Below the pieces are notes generated by a model, which saw nothing but the letters and a program-made list of their open reading frames with translations, had not been told where the DNA came from and ran no database searches. From positions 1 to 14,421 of the forward strand of contig JBMOFD010000050.1 in NCBI GenBank assembly GCA_049314435.1: 14,421 nucleotides of DNA. The letters run 5' to 3'. A program made the translations under genes and the position numbers. The DNA is from Chlamydiia bacterium. GTDB taxonomy: Bacteria > Chlamydiota > Chlamydiia > Chlamydiales > JBMOFD01. Below, in pieces: positions 7,183-14,421 of the stretch (its first letter is position 1; the number at the start of each line of letters is the position of its first letter).

Positions 7183-8097
7183 ATGGTCTGGCTACGCCGC
7201 ATTTCGCTCTTCATCGCCCTCAACTTTGCCGTCATGGTGACGATCGGGTTTCTTCTCTGGATTTTAGGAGCAGATCGATGGTTACAAGCCAATGGCCTCA
7301 ACATCCGTCAGTTGCTAGTCTGGAGCCTGGTCTGGGGTATGGGTGGATCGTTCATCTCTCTAGCCCTCAGCCGCATCATGGCCAAATGGACCATGGGCGT
7401 GCAGGTGATCGACCGAGCCACCGCCACAGGAGAGTCCAAAGCACTTCTGGACCTCGTCGATGATCTCTGTCGCAAAGCCAACCTCAAAGGACAGCCCGAG
7501 GTGGGCATCTACCGCTCTCCCGAGCTGAATGCCTTTGCTACAGGACCATCCCAGCGTCGTGCTCTCGTAGCTGTCTCCTCTGGGTTGCTGCAGCGCATGA
7601 AGCCAGAGGAGCTCCGCGCTGTCTTGGGCCACGAGGTAACCCACGTTGCTAATGGAGACATGATCACCATGACGCTTCTTCAGGGGATTGTGAACGCCTT
7701 TGTTCTCTTCCTGAGTCGCGCCTTGGCCTACGCCCTGGTCTTAGCGGGCCGCCGTGACGGTGAACGTGCTTCAGGGGCCTCCTTTGGCATCGTCTCTTTC
7801 GTCCTTCAGATTCTCTTCATGATTCTGGGCAGTCTGCTGATTGCAGCCTATAGCCGCTGGAGAGAGTTCCGCGCAGACCGAGGCGGCGCCCAATTGGCCG
7901 GACGCGATGCCATGATCTCTGCGCTGCAGACTCTTGAGCAAACGTCCAAGATACAAGACCCAGCCCACGACCAAGCCACGGTAGCGGCCTTCAAGATCTC
8001 CTCACCTTCTTCGATCTTCCGTCTGTGGGCAACACATCCACCTATCGAAGAACGTGTAGCCCGCCTACGCGGCATGGAAGAGCACCGCTCTAAGTAG
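7183..8097 (+). CDS. htpX: Membrane zinc metalloprotease HtpX (M48)
   Basis: GGAGG RBS before ATG 7183. Motifs NAFATG, AVLGHEVTHVANGDMITMTLLQG (HExxH), SRWREFRAD and THPPIEER. Confidence 0.96.
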   Translation: MVWLRRISLFIALNFAVMVTIGFLLWILGADRWLQANGLNIRQLLVWSLVWGMGGSFISLALSRIMAKWTMGVQVIDRATATGESKALLDLVDDLCRKANLKGQPEVGIYRSPELNAFATGPSQRRALVAVSSGLLQRMKPEELRAVLGHEVTHVANGDMITMTLLQGIVNAFVLFLSRALAYALVLAGRRDGERASGASFGIVSFVLQILFMILGSLLIAAYSRWREFRADRGGAQLAGRDAMISALQTLEQTSKIQDPAHDQATVAAFKISSPSSIFRLWATHPPIEERVARLRGMEEHRSK

Positions 8098-8141
8098 ATC
8101 TACACTCCTTGAGCAGGACTAGAGCCTCACTCTCGCCCTGG

Positions 8142-9158
8142 TCAGCTCTCGTGGTGGTCTCCAGGGATCTCTCTCAACTGGTCCTGAGCCTGGATCTCTG
8201 CAATGATCTGCGTCACCGACTCTTGAATGGAGTGGCTGGTGGGCACAACCCCCTGCTGCTTCCAGTTCCCTAGATCCGCACACGTCACCAGCTGGGTGCG
8301 TCGTGTGACCGACTCAGGCATCGGCACCGACTTAATCCTAGCTGGCTTCCCAGCAGCGGCCGCAATCGCCTCCACCAAACCTTCCCAGGTGGTTACCTGG
8401 CCACGCCCGACGTTGTAGATCCCCATCCAGTCATTGCGGAGGAAGCTACACACCATCTGTGCCGCATCATAGGCACTGATGAAATCTCGCCCCATTGCCT
8501 CCGTCGGCATGATCTCAGGCTGGGGACTCTCATAGAGGTTCACCACGCCATCGCGCATCAGTTCGCGATAGAGTCGACGTACGGTCTGATACTCTTCCGG
8601 CTTATGCAGGTCGCGAGCCCCCAGGAGATCAAAGACCTTACAGCAAGCAAACTGATCGTAGACCTGCTGGTGGTAGCACCAGAGGTCAAAGAGATGATGG
8701 CTAAAGCCGGTCAAGCTCAGCGGCCGTAGCTTAGGCAACAATTCAATCGATGGAGAAAATCCAAAGGAACCATCGCCGTAGGTCTGTGCGCAACTCGTGT
8801 ACACGAACCGGATCTCGTGCTTCAGGGCGTACTCCGCCAAGTCGCAGGAGAAACGATAGTTGTTCTGTATGATCTCATCGACCGACGATCTAGACGTCTC
8901 ATGCAGCGATCCCAGATGGATGATCGCTTCGATCTGCTGGTCACGACCATCGAGCCATGACATGAGTTGATCGGGTCGAATCAGCTCCTGGAACTGCTGT
9001 CCAACGAGGTAGCGCCAATTAGGCTGCGATCCAAATTGATCGACAATGGCAATATTGGAGAGCTTCTGCCGATTGAGTCGGTCCACCACAGCGGAGCCAA
9101 GTAGGCCGGCACCTCCCGTGATCACAATCCATTGATCCGTATAGAGACGTCGCTTCAC
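8142..9158 (-). CDS. ADP-L-glycero-D-manno-heptose 6-epimerase (HldD/RfaD)-like extended SDR with degenerate active site
   Basis: ITGGAGLLG Rossmann motif, IIHLG, NNYRFS, TYGDGS.GF, LRPL....HLFDLW, RDFI and GIYNVGRG align with HldD, but YxxxK reads TGFSH. GGGAGG RBS precedes GTG 9158. Confidence 0.85.
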   Translation of the reverse strand: MKRRLYTDQWIVITGGAGLLGSAVVDRLNRQKLSNIAIVDQFGSQPNWRYLVGQQFQELIRPDQLMSWLDGRDQQIEAIIHLGSLHETSRSSVDEIIQNNYRFSCDLAEYALKHEIRFVYTSCAQTYGDGSFGFSPSIELLPKLRPLSLTGFSHHLFDLWCYHQQVYDQFACCKVFDLLGARDLHKPEEYQTVRRLYRELMRDGVVNLYESPQPEIMPTEAMGRDFISAYDAAQMVCSFLRNDWMGIYNVGRGQVTTWEGLVEAIAAAAGKPARIKSVPMPESVTRRTQLVTCADLGNWKQQGVVPTSHSIQESVTQIIAEIQAQDQLREIPGDHHES

Positions 9159-9190
9159 GGGCCCTCCCTCTCACAGCGGGTATCGACAGC

Positions 9191-9219
9191 AGTGTAGCCG
9201 CTGAATCCACGCCCGGCAA
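9191..9219 (-). promoter_or_regulatory. Putative sigma70/sigma66 promoter for the HldD-like gene
   Basis: Minus strand TTGCCG, 17-nt spacer, TACACT, about 30 nt upstream of the start codon and downstream of the rplI terminator. Confidence 0.55.
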
Positions 9220-9275
9220 GTAGAGGAACATCCTCCTCAAGAAAGATCTGTCAAAGCGTGACTCGTTCAGAAGAG

Positions 9276-9307
9276 AAAAAAGCCGTAGAGGATTTCCTCT
9301 ACGGCTT
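9276..9307 (-). terminator. Rho-independent terminator of the rplY-pth-rpsF-rpsR-rplI operon
   Basis: Minus strand AAGCCGTAGAGG-aaat-CCTCTACGGCTT forms a perfect 12-bp stem running into a T-tract, 30 nt after the rplI stop. Confidence 0.9.
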
Positions 9308-9337
9308 ACGACTTGCCACCAGAACTAACGCTGCACT

Positions 9338-9880
9338 CTACCCGCGAGCGTAGTAGCCTGGGAAGGCTGGATCGGTCTGGATCTCTTGCTGTTCAGCGAG
9401 AGCACCGAAGAATTGAGCCTCGTCGATCCCTTCAGGCAGAACTTTCAGAAGAACCTCAGCGGTCACTCCCTCTTTCAGCTTAAGGGGAACGTGGTGGATG
9501 CCCAGTTCCTTAATCGGGTGAACGAGCGCAATGTAGCGCTTTTCCACTTCGATGGAATGAGCAGCCAGGAGTTGCACGATGTCTGTCGCTGTGACAGAGC
9601 CATACATGCTGCCTTCTGGATCCACTTTCACTTCGGTCTTCAACTCGATCCCTTCAAGACGCTTAACTAGGTCTTGCGCATCAGCAAGATCCTGAGCAGC
9701 GAGCTGCTGACGCTCGGCTCTCAGCTTCACCTGCAAACGCAGGGTCGCCTTGCTGGCACGTACTGCTTTCTTTTGGGGAACCAAAAAGTTGCGTGCATAT
9801 CCAGGACGCACGGCGACCAGGTCACCGGTACGGCCAAGGAATTCCACGTCGTCAATCAGAAGAAGGTCTATTTGTGCCAT
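9338..9880 (-). CDS. rplI: 50S ribosomal protein L9
   Basis: LG..GDLVAVRPGYARNFLVPQKKA, MYGSVT..DI and PIKELGIHHV motifs. Follows rpsR. Confidence 0.97.
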   Translation of the reverse strand: MAQIDLLLIDDVEFLGRTGDLVAVRPGYARNFLVPQKKAVRASKATLRLQVKLRAERQQLAAQDLADAQDLVKRLEGIELKTEVKVDPEGSMYGSVTATDIVQLLAAHSIEVEKRYIALVHPIKELGIHHVPLKLKEGVTAEVLLKVLPEGIDEAQFFGALAEQQEIQTDPAFPGYYARG

Positions 9881-9883
9881 GAC

Positions 9884-10132
9884 CTACTCCACTGCTACGA
9901 ACGGCAGAAGGGCAACGAGACGAGCTCTCTTGATTGCCATCGACAGCTGTTTTTGGTGGTGGTGTGATACACCAGTGATCCGACGAGGCAGAATCTTGCC
10001 ACGCTCAGTGATGAAGCGGCTGAGAGTCTCGACATCTTTGTAGTCGATCTCGCGAATCCCTGCTGCTGTGAATGGACAGCGCTTGCGGCGCTTACCAAAT
10101 CCTCCCTCGGAGGAACTTCCACGTTTAACCAT
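9884..10132 (-). CDS. rpsR: 30S ribosomal protein S18
   Basis: [26 protein letters not shown]...AIKRAR..ALLPF. Confidence 0.98.
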   Translation of the reverse strand: MVKRGSSSEGGFGKRRKRCPFTAAGIREIDYKDVETLSRFITERGKILPRRITGVSHHHQKQLSMAIKRARLVALLPFVAVE

Positions 10133-10142
10133 GATCTCTCTC

Positions 10143-10496
10143 CTACTCGGTCACTAGAGATTTGAACTCAAGCTTCTCGAGCACACGTTCTGCCGTGAGC
10201 GTCATGAAGCGAATCACCTCTTCATCCAAGCGCAGATCACGCCATAGATCTTTCATGGCTTGCGTCGGCAACTTGAAATAGACGAGGTAATAATACCCCT
10301 CTCTTCGACCATTGATCTCATAGGCGAGTCGACGACGCCCTTGATCGTGAATTTTTTCCACGGATCCACCACGAGAGGTGATCATGTTCAGGACTCGTTC
10401 CCAAACTTTCTGACGACCATCTTCGCTCAGCGCTGCGTTGAGGATAAACATCCCCTCGTACAGCCCCTGCTGTTTTTCCTGTGTGGTACTTTGCAT
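10143..10496 (-). CDS. rpsF: 30S ribosomal protein S6
   Basis: [25 protein letters not shown] and VIRFM motifs. Start at ATG 10496 (AGAGAGGG RBS) just after the pth stop. Confidence 0.96.
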   Translation of the reverse strand: MQSTTQEKQQGLYEGMFILNAALSEDGRQKVWERVLNMITSRGGSVEKIHDQGRRRLAYEINGRREGYYYLVYFKLPTQAMKDLWRDLRLDEEVIRFMTLTAERVLEKLEFKSLVTE

Positions 10497-10503
10497 GCCC
10501 TCT

Positions 10504-11145
10504 CTACTCCTCGCCAGGCATTGAGGTGCCATCAGCACCCTCTCCACTTTGTCTCTGCGCATTGCCATCGAGCCGTTGAGCCCATGACCGCGTCGCTCCC
10601 TGCCAGCCCTCTATACAGAAGGCCTCCACAAGCTCCGCCGCCACCTGCAACATCCGCTGCAACGTTTCCTGCTCCTCTGGTCGGAAACTGCCGAGTACAT
10701 GGTCAACAAGACCCTGGTCGGGAGATCCTACTCCGAGGCGCAGGCGTGGGAACTGGGTCGTTCCCAAATGGCTCTGCACACTTTTTAACCCATTGTGACC
10801 GCCCGTTCCTCCACCCTCTCTCAGCCGCATGGCCCCAAGTGGAAGGTGAACGTCGTCACTGATGACAAGCACCTGTTGTGGCTCAATGCGAAGCCACCTC
10901 GATACTTGCCCTACTGCATTCCCAGACTCATTCATGTAAGTCTGTGGTTTGAGCAGCCATGCTGGCTGCTCCTGAAAAAGCCCTTTGGCCATTTCCGACT
11001 GAAACTGTCGCTCAGCCTTCCAGCGTAAACCGTGCTGGCGAGCAATCAGATCCAAAACCTGAAAACCAACGTTGTGCCGCGTCGGACTGTATTGTGAGCC
11101 TGGATTTCCCAGCCCCACGATGAGCAGATCCTGACACCAGCGCAC
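10504..11145 (-). CDS. pth: Peptidyl-tRNA hydrolase
   Basis: LIVGLGNPG, TRHNVGF, LLKPQTYMNESG, GGHNGLKS and RLRLGVG motifs. Confidence 0.97.
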   Translation of the reverse strand: MRWCQDLLIVGLGNPGSQYSPTRHNVGFQVLDLIARQHGLRWKAERQFQSEMAKGLFQEQPAWLLKPQTYMNESGNAVGQVSRWLRIEPQQVLVISDDVHLPLGAMRLREGGGTGGHNGLKSVQSHLGTTQFPRLRLGVGSPDQGLVDHVLGSFRPEEQETLQRMLQVAAELVEAFCIEGWQGATRSWAQRLDGNAQRQSGEGADGTSMPGEE

Positions 11146-11153
11146 CGTTGCCT

Positions 11154-11714
11154 CTACCTCTTCGCTACCACTGCGAGAACGTCTTCCGCAAGCGCTCTCA
11201 TTTTAACGCCCTGGTTCAGACCAATCGACTTCACTCGCTTGCTAGAACCAACCATCTCGAGATCACGAACGTCTACAAAAAACTCACGTGGGATATCCCC
11301 TGGGAGACATTCCACAGCCACTTGACGCGCTACTTGACGGATGACGCCACCAGCTTTTACAGCAATGGACTCAGCCACTCCAGTCAGCTCTACAGGCACG
11401 TTCACACGGACCGGCTGCCCATCGAGGAGCTCCAGTAGATCGACATGAAGCACATCGTACGATGTCTTCTGGTACTGCATCTCTTTGATGATCGCCCGAA
11501 TCGGACTTCCCATCCCCTGCAGTTCCAACACCAAGGTCGATAGAGTCCCTGGCTTCAGCTCACGCAGAATCTTCTGTATGTCCGCTCTGTTGATCGTGAG
11601 CGTCTGGCTCTCTTTGCCCTTCGCATAGAGAACAGCGGGCACACCACCTTCGCGGCGCAGCTGACTCCGGACTCCCTTGGTCGAACGGGGGCGCTTGGAT
11701 ACTTGTAATTGCAT
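11154..11714 (-). CDS. rplY: 50S ribosomal protein L25 / general stress protein Ctc
   Basis: LRREGGVPAVLY, IIKEMQY....VLHVDL, VNVPVELTG and VECLPGDIP motifs. Start taken at ATG 11714 (11741 is an alternative). Confidence 0.95.
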   Translation of the reverse strand: MQLQVSKRPRSTKGVRSQLRREGGVPAVLYAKGKESQTLTINRADIQKILRELKPGTLSTLVLELQGMGSPIRAIIKEMQYQKTSYDVLHVDLLELLDGQPVRVNVPVELTGVAESIAVKAGGVIRQVARQVAVECLPGDIPREFFVDVRDLEMVGSSKRVKSIGLNQGVKMRALAEDVLAVVAKR

Positions 11715-11782
11715 CTCTTCGACACGGAGCCGCTCATGCACACCTCATGCACCAGGAGCCCCGCGCTCCCTAAACTTTTTTG

Positions 11783-11968
11783 TTTCCCTTCGAGGAGGCT
11801 TCACCTCCCGACATCCACGCAGGCTTCCCACCGGTTGGCTATGAGCCTACCCAGGTGTGTTCACTCTACGAGACGCCACCAAGCCCGGTTGCCCAGGCAA
11901 GGTCGGTTCATGTGTGGTTTGATCGTCGTTCTGGCCTGCAGCGGAGCGTCATGCTCCCCTTCAAGAAA
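11783..11968 (-). ncRNA. ssrS: Candidate 6S RNA
   Basis: The minus strand folds by hand into a long rod. 11934-11951 (TGACGCTCCGCTGCAGGC) pairs with 11809-11824 (GCCTGCGTGGATGTCG), giving 16 bp with two single bulges. An A/C-rich unpaired bubble and an inner helix follow. Motifs GGCCAG, TGAACCGAC, CACACCTG..TAGGCTCA and AGCCTGCG..GGATGTCGGGAG resemble 6S RNA conserved regions as I recall them. Ends are approximate. Confidence 0.7.
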
Positions 11969-12031
11969 TCCCCAACCGCGCAGCGGTCAGATCCGATTCA
12001 ACGACTCGATCGATCCCCTAGTGGGGCCCTA

Positions 12032-12103
<72 letters not shown>

Positions 12104-12144
12104 GCGAAGCTTGGGATGTTGAATCCCTCGCGAAACGCACGACT

Positions 12145-12174
12145 ATGCTAGCGATCCACTCTATTTTTCCACAA
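12145..12174 (-). promoter_or_regulatory. Possible promoter for tRNA-Gln and the downstream operon
   Basis: Minus strand TTGTGG, 18-nt spacer, TAGCAT, about 40 nt upstream of the tRNA 5' end. Weak consensus match. Confidence 0.3.
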
Positions 12175-12341
12175 ATGGCTCGATCGAGAGGATCTCTTGC
12201 TAAACCAGGCAGCCGCAACAAGTCACTGATGCAGAATAGCATCTGACTGCGATTTCTCCTATCTATCTATAGAGAGTGCGTAGCAGCAGCCGTAAAGGAG
12301 CGGCTCTTGTGTCGCGACAGAGCATGCGCTAGGGTGGTGTC

Positions 12342-13820
12342 ATGATGCGGATCCTTCAGATTGCCCCAGAATGTGCACCCGTAGCAAAGGCCGGCGGACT
12401 CGCCGACGTCGTCTATGGTCTCGGAAGGGCTCTTCGCAAGGTGGGCCATGAGGTCGCTGTTGTTCTCCCTCATTATCAAAAGTTATTTGATCACCTGCCT
12501 CAGCGAGTGCTTGGCACCTTCGAGGTACCACTTGATGGCGAGCTGATCCCATGCCAGGCTGTGGCCACATCGGTCGGGGATCTCGATCTCGTCCTAATTG
12601 GCGAGCAGACGGATAGGGGGCTCTTAAGAAGCTCGAGTATTTACGGCGCTCCGAACGACCTCCTACGCTTCACCTTCTTTTGCCAAGCAGTTTTTTACAT
12701 GATGGAGAGTCTGCACTGGGTCGTGGACATTCTCCATGTGCACGACTGGGCGACGGCTTTAGTGCCTGTTCTCGCCCAGACCTCATGGGCAGAGAAGGGT
12801 CTGGTAACGGGCGGATGCTGCCTCACGTTACATAATCTGGAGAGCCAGGGGATCGCACCAGCTTCTCTGCTTGAGCGCTTAGGGCTGGACCAAGAGATGC
12901 TCGCTCATCTAGATCGTCTGGGCGACCCAAACCGCTTTGGCTGCATCAACTTGCTTCGCGGTGGCATTGTCTTTGCTGATGCCCTCACCACGGTGAGCCC
13001 GACCTATGCACGAGAGGTCCTCCAAGCTCCAGGAGGTCACGGTCTGGAAGATGTTCTCCAGCAGTATGCATTTAAGCTGCAGGGCATCCTCAATGGTCTC
13101 GACTTTGACTATTGGAATCCCGCCACAGATCCACTGCTTCCGATTCACTATAGTGAGGAGGAACCAGGGGAGATCAGAGCAGCGCGCCATGGAATGAAGC
13201 GTGCGCTACAGGGCCGCCTGGGCTTAGAGCCTTCCGATCGTCCACTCTTCATGACCGTATGTCGTCTGGTGCCCCAGAAGGGCGTCGAGCTGATCCGCCA
13301 TGCGATCCAGCGAGTTATCCAGAAAGGCGGGCAGTTTGTACTCCAGGGCAGCAGCCCGATCCCAGCGATCCAGGCCCAGTTCCATGCAGACAAGCTGCAT
13401 CGGCATTCCTGTCGGCAGATCCACTATCACCTGATCCCCGATGAGGGGCTGACGCACTGGATGTTTGCAGGATCTGACTTCACTCTGATCCCCTCCATCT
13501 TCGAGCCTTGTGGACTGACGCAGATGATCGGGCTTCGCTATGGGACGATCCCCATCGTGAGAGAGACGGGCGGCTTAGCCGATACGGTGCTGGATCTGGA
13601 GTATGGACAGGGGCCCGTCGAGCGTCGCAATGGATTCACGTTCAAGAATGCAGATGAAGGAGCGATCGACTGGAGCCTCGACCGCGCCTTCGAATGGTAC
13701 GATGGACGACCTCAGCAGCTACACGAGGTCCAGCTCCGCGGGATGCACGAGGACCATAGCTGGCGGTTACCCGCCCAGCACTACCTCCATATCTTCGGAG
13801 CATTGTGTCTGGGTAATTAG
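12342..13820 (+). CDS. glgA: Glycogen synthase (GT5)
   Basis: APECAPVAKAGGLADV (KxGGL), HVHDW, TLHNLESQG, TTVSPTYA.E, GILNG.D...WNP.TD, RLVPQKG, PSIFEPCGLTQMI.LRYGT.PIVR.TGGLADTV. The start may be 12345. Confidence 0.97.
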   Translation: MMRILQIAPECAPVAKAGGLADVVYGLGRALRKVGHEVAVVLPHYQKLFDHLPQRVLGTFEVPLDGELIPCQAVATSVGDLDLVLIGEQTDRGLLRSSSIYGAPNDLLRFTFFCQAVFYMMESLHWVVDILHVHDWATALVPVLAQTSWAEKGLVTGGCCLTLHNLESQGIAPASLLERLGLDQEMLAHLDRLGDPNRFGCINLLRGGIVFADALTTVSPTYAREVLQAPGGHGLEDVLQQYAFKLQGILNGLDFDYWNPATDPLLPIHYSEEEPGEIRAARHGMKRALQGRLGLEPSDRPLFMTVCRLVPQKGVELIRHAIQRVIQKGGQFVLQGSSPIPAIQAQFHADKLHRHSCRQIHYHLIPDEGLTHWMFAGSDFTLIPSIFEPCGLTQMIGLRYGTIPIVRETGGLADTVLDLEYGQGPVERRNGFTFKNADEGAIDWSLDRAFEWYDGRPQQLHEVQLRGMHEDHSWRLPAQHYLHIFGALCLGN

Positions 13821-13848
13821 ATGGCACCCAGGCGCCGGAACTGACTCC

Positions 13849-14421
13849 CTACTGCGGTAATGTCAGTAGTTCCTGTAGCCTTGGAGCTATCGCATCTATA
13901 GCCCGTTTCTGTAGGACCTCGGGCAAGGGAATCCCGGCGATGATCTCAGGCCAACTGTTTGCGGCCTTCCTGAGCTCCAGCAACATCTCTTCCAGCTCAG
14001 CGCGCGGTATCCCTAGTATCCTCTCTCCAAACTCCTCGACCCAATGCTTCCTACGGAATCGAGCGCGCTTGCTGCAAAGAGAGAGAGCTGTTTCCTCCGG
14101 ACTCGGAAGAATGAGCTGAGTAGGGACCATATCGTAAGCGGGACTCAAGCGCCCTTCCAGCATGGAGAGATTTTTCAGGTGCAGATCGGCATTCCCAATG
14201 AGCCACGCCACCACAGCCACCTTCCAGAGCCGGGTTCGATCTTGGTCAGGTGTCCGGCTGAACTGCAAGAGCGCCGTGGCCACCTGTTCGAGGGACGCCT
14301 CATACTTCTTCTCTTCGGCAAGCCCAAGCAACTGACAGAAATCTTCAACCACAAGGTGTTGCTGTTGCGGGCCGAGGTCGAACCGCTTGGATAGGAAGAT
14401 CCAAGCTCCCTCGGTTGATCG
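13849..14421 (-). CDS. HipA-family Ser/Thr kinase toxin, C-terminal part (5' end beyond window)
   Basis: The frame is open from 14421 (RSTEGAWIFLSKRFDL...VEDFCQLLGL..KYE). It carries the catalytic motifs WLIGNADLHLKNLS and LSPAYDMVPT. Confidence 0.9.
   Translation of the reverse strand, partial: RSTEGAWIFLSKRFDLGPQQQHLVVEDFCQLLGLAEEKKYEASLEQVATALLQFSRTPDQDRTRLWKVAVVAWLIGNADLHLKNLSMLEGRLSPAYDMVPTQLILPSPEETALSLCSKRARFRRKHWVEEFGERILGIPRAELEEMLLELRKAANSWPEIIAGIPLPEVLQKRAIDAIAPRLQELLTLPQ

Noticed and set aside
9019..9240. 73-aa minus-strand ORF with GAGGAGG before an ATG, considered as an ispE remnant
   Set aside because: It has no GHMP-kinase motifs, overlaps the HldD-like gene out of frame, and spans that gene's predicted promoter.
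10497..10568. N-terminal extension of S6 given by the ORF track
   Set aside because: It overlaps the pth 3' end. ATG 10496 has an RBS and gives a normal-length S6.
11885..11910. CCGACCTTGCCTGGGCAAC resembling a ZTP riboswitch 3' element or an HDV-like ribozyme segment
   Set aside because: The ZTP 5' element (GACUGGCG) is absent and the HDV-like pieces are in the wrong order. The downstream genes are not purine or folate genes.

Overview
This window is a GC-rich (roughly 55-60% by eye) bacterial chromosomal segment that looks like a member of the Chlamydiae. The evidence is a SEC-C-fused methionine aminopeptidase, and glgA divergent from tRNA-Gln-rplY-pth-rpsF-rpsR-rplI with no ssb and no prs. 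Housekeeping genes are map, an M20 dipeptidase, htpX, the ribosomal operon and glgA, with a partial HipA kinase at the right edge. The main points of interest are: (1) an unannotated ~185-nt structured RNA between tRNA-Gln and rplY that folds like 6S RNA and carries 6S-like motifs; (2) an HldD/RfaD-like epimerase whose catalytic Ser/Tyr/Lys are all replaced (probable pseudoenzyme); (3) an Inc-like candidate effector translationally coupled to map; (4) a small accessory island (about 5420-7070) with an orphan beta-barrel gene and an 89-bp direct repeat bracketing an extremely hydrophobic 83-aa ORF; (5) a membrane-anchored long coiled-coil protein with a recent 51-bp tandem duplication. All family assignments come from motif recognition by eye. 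No searches were run.
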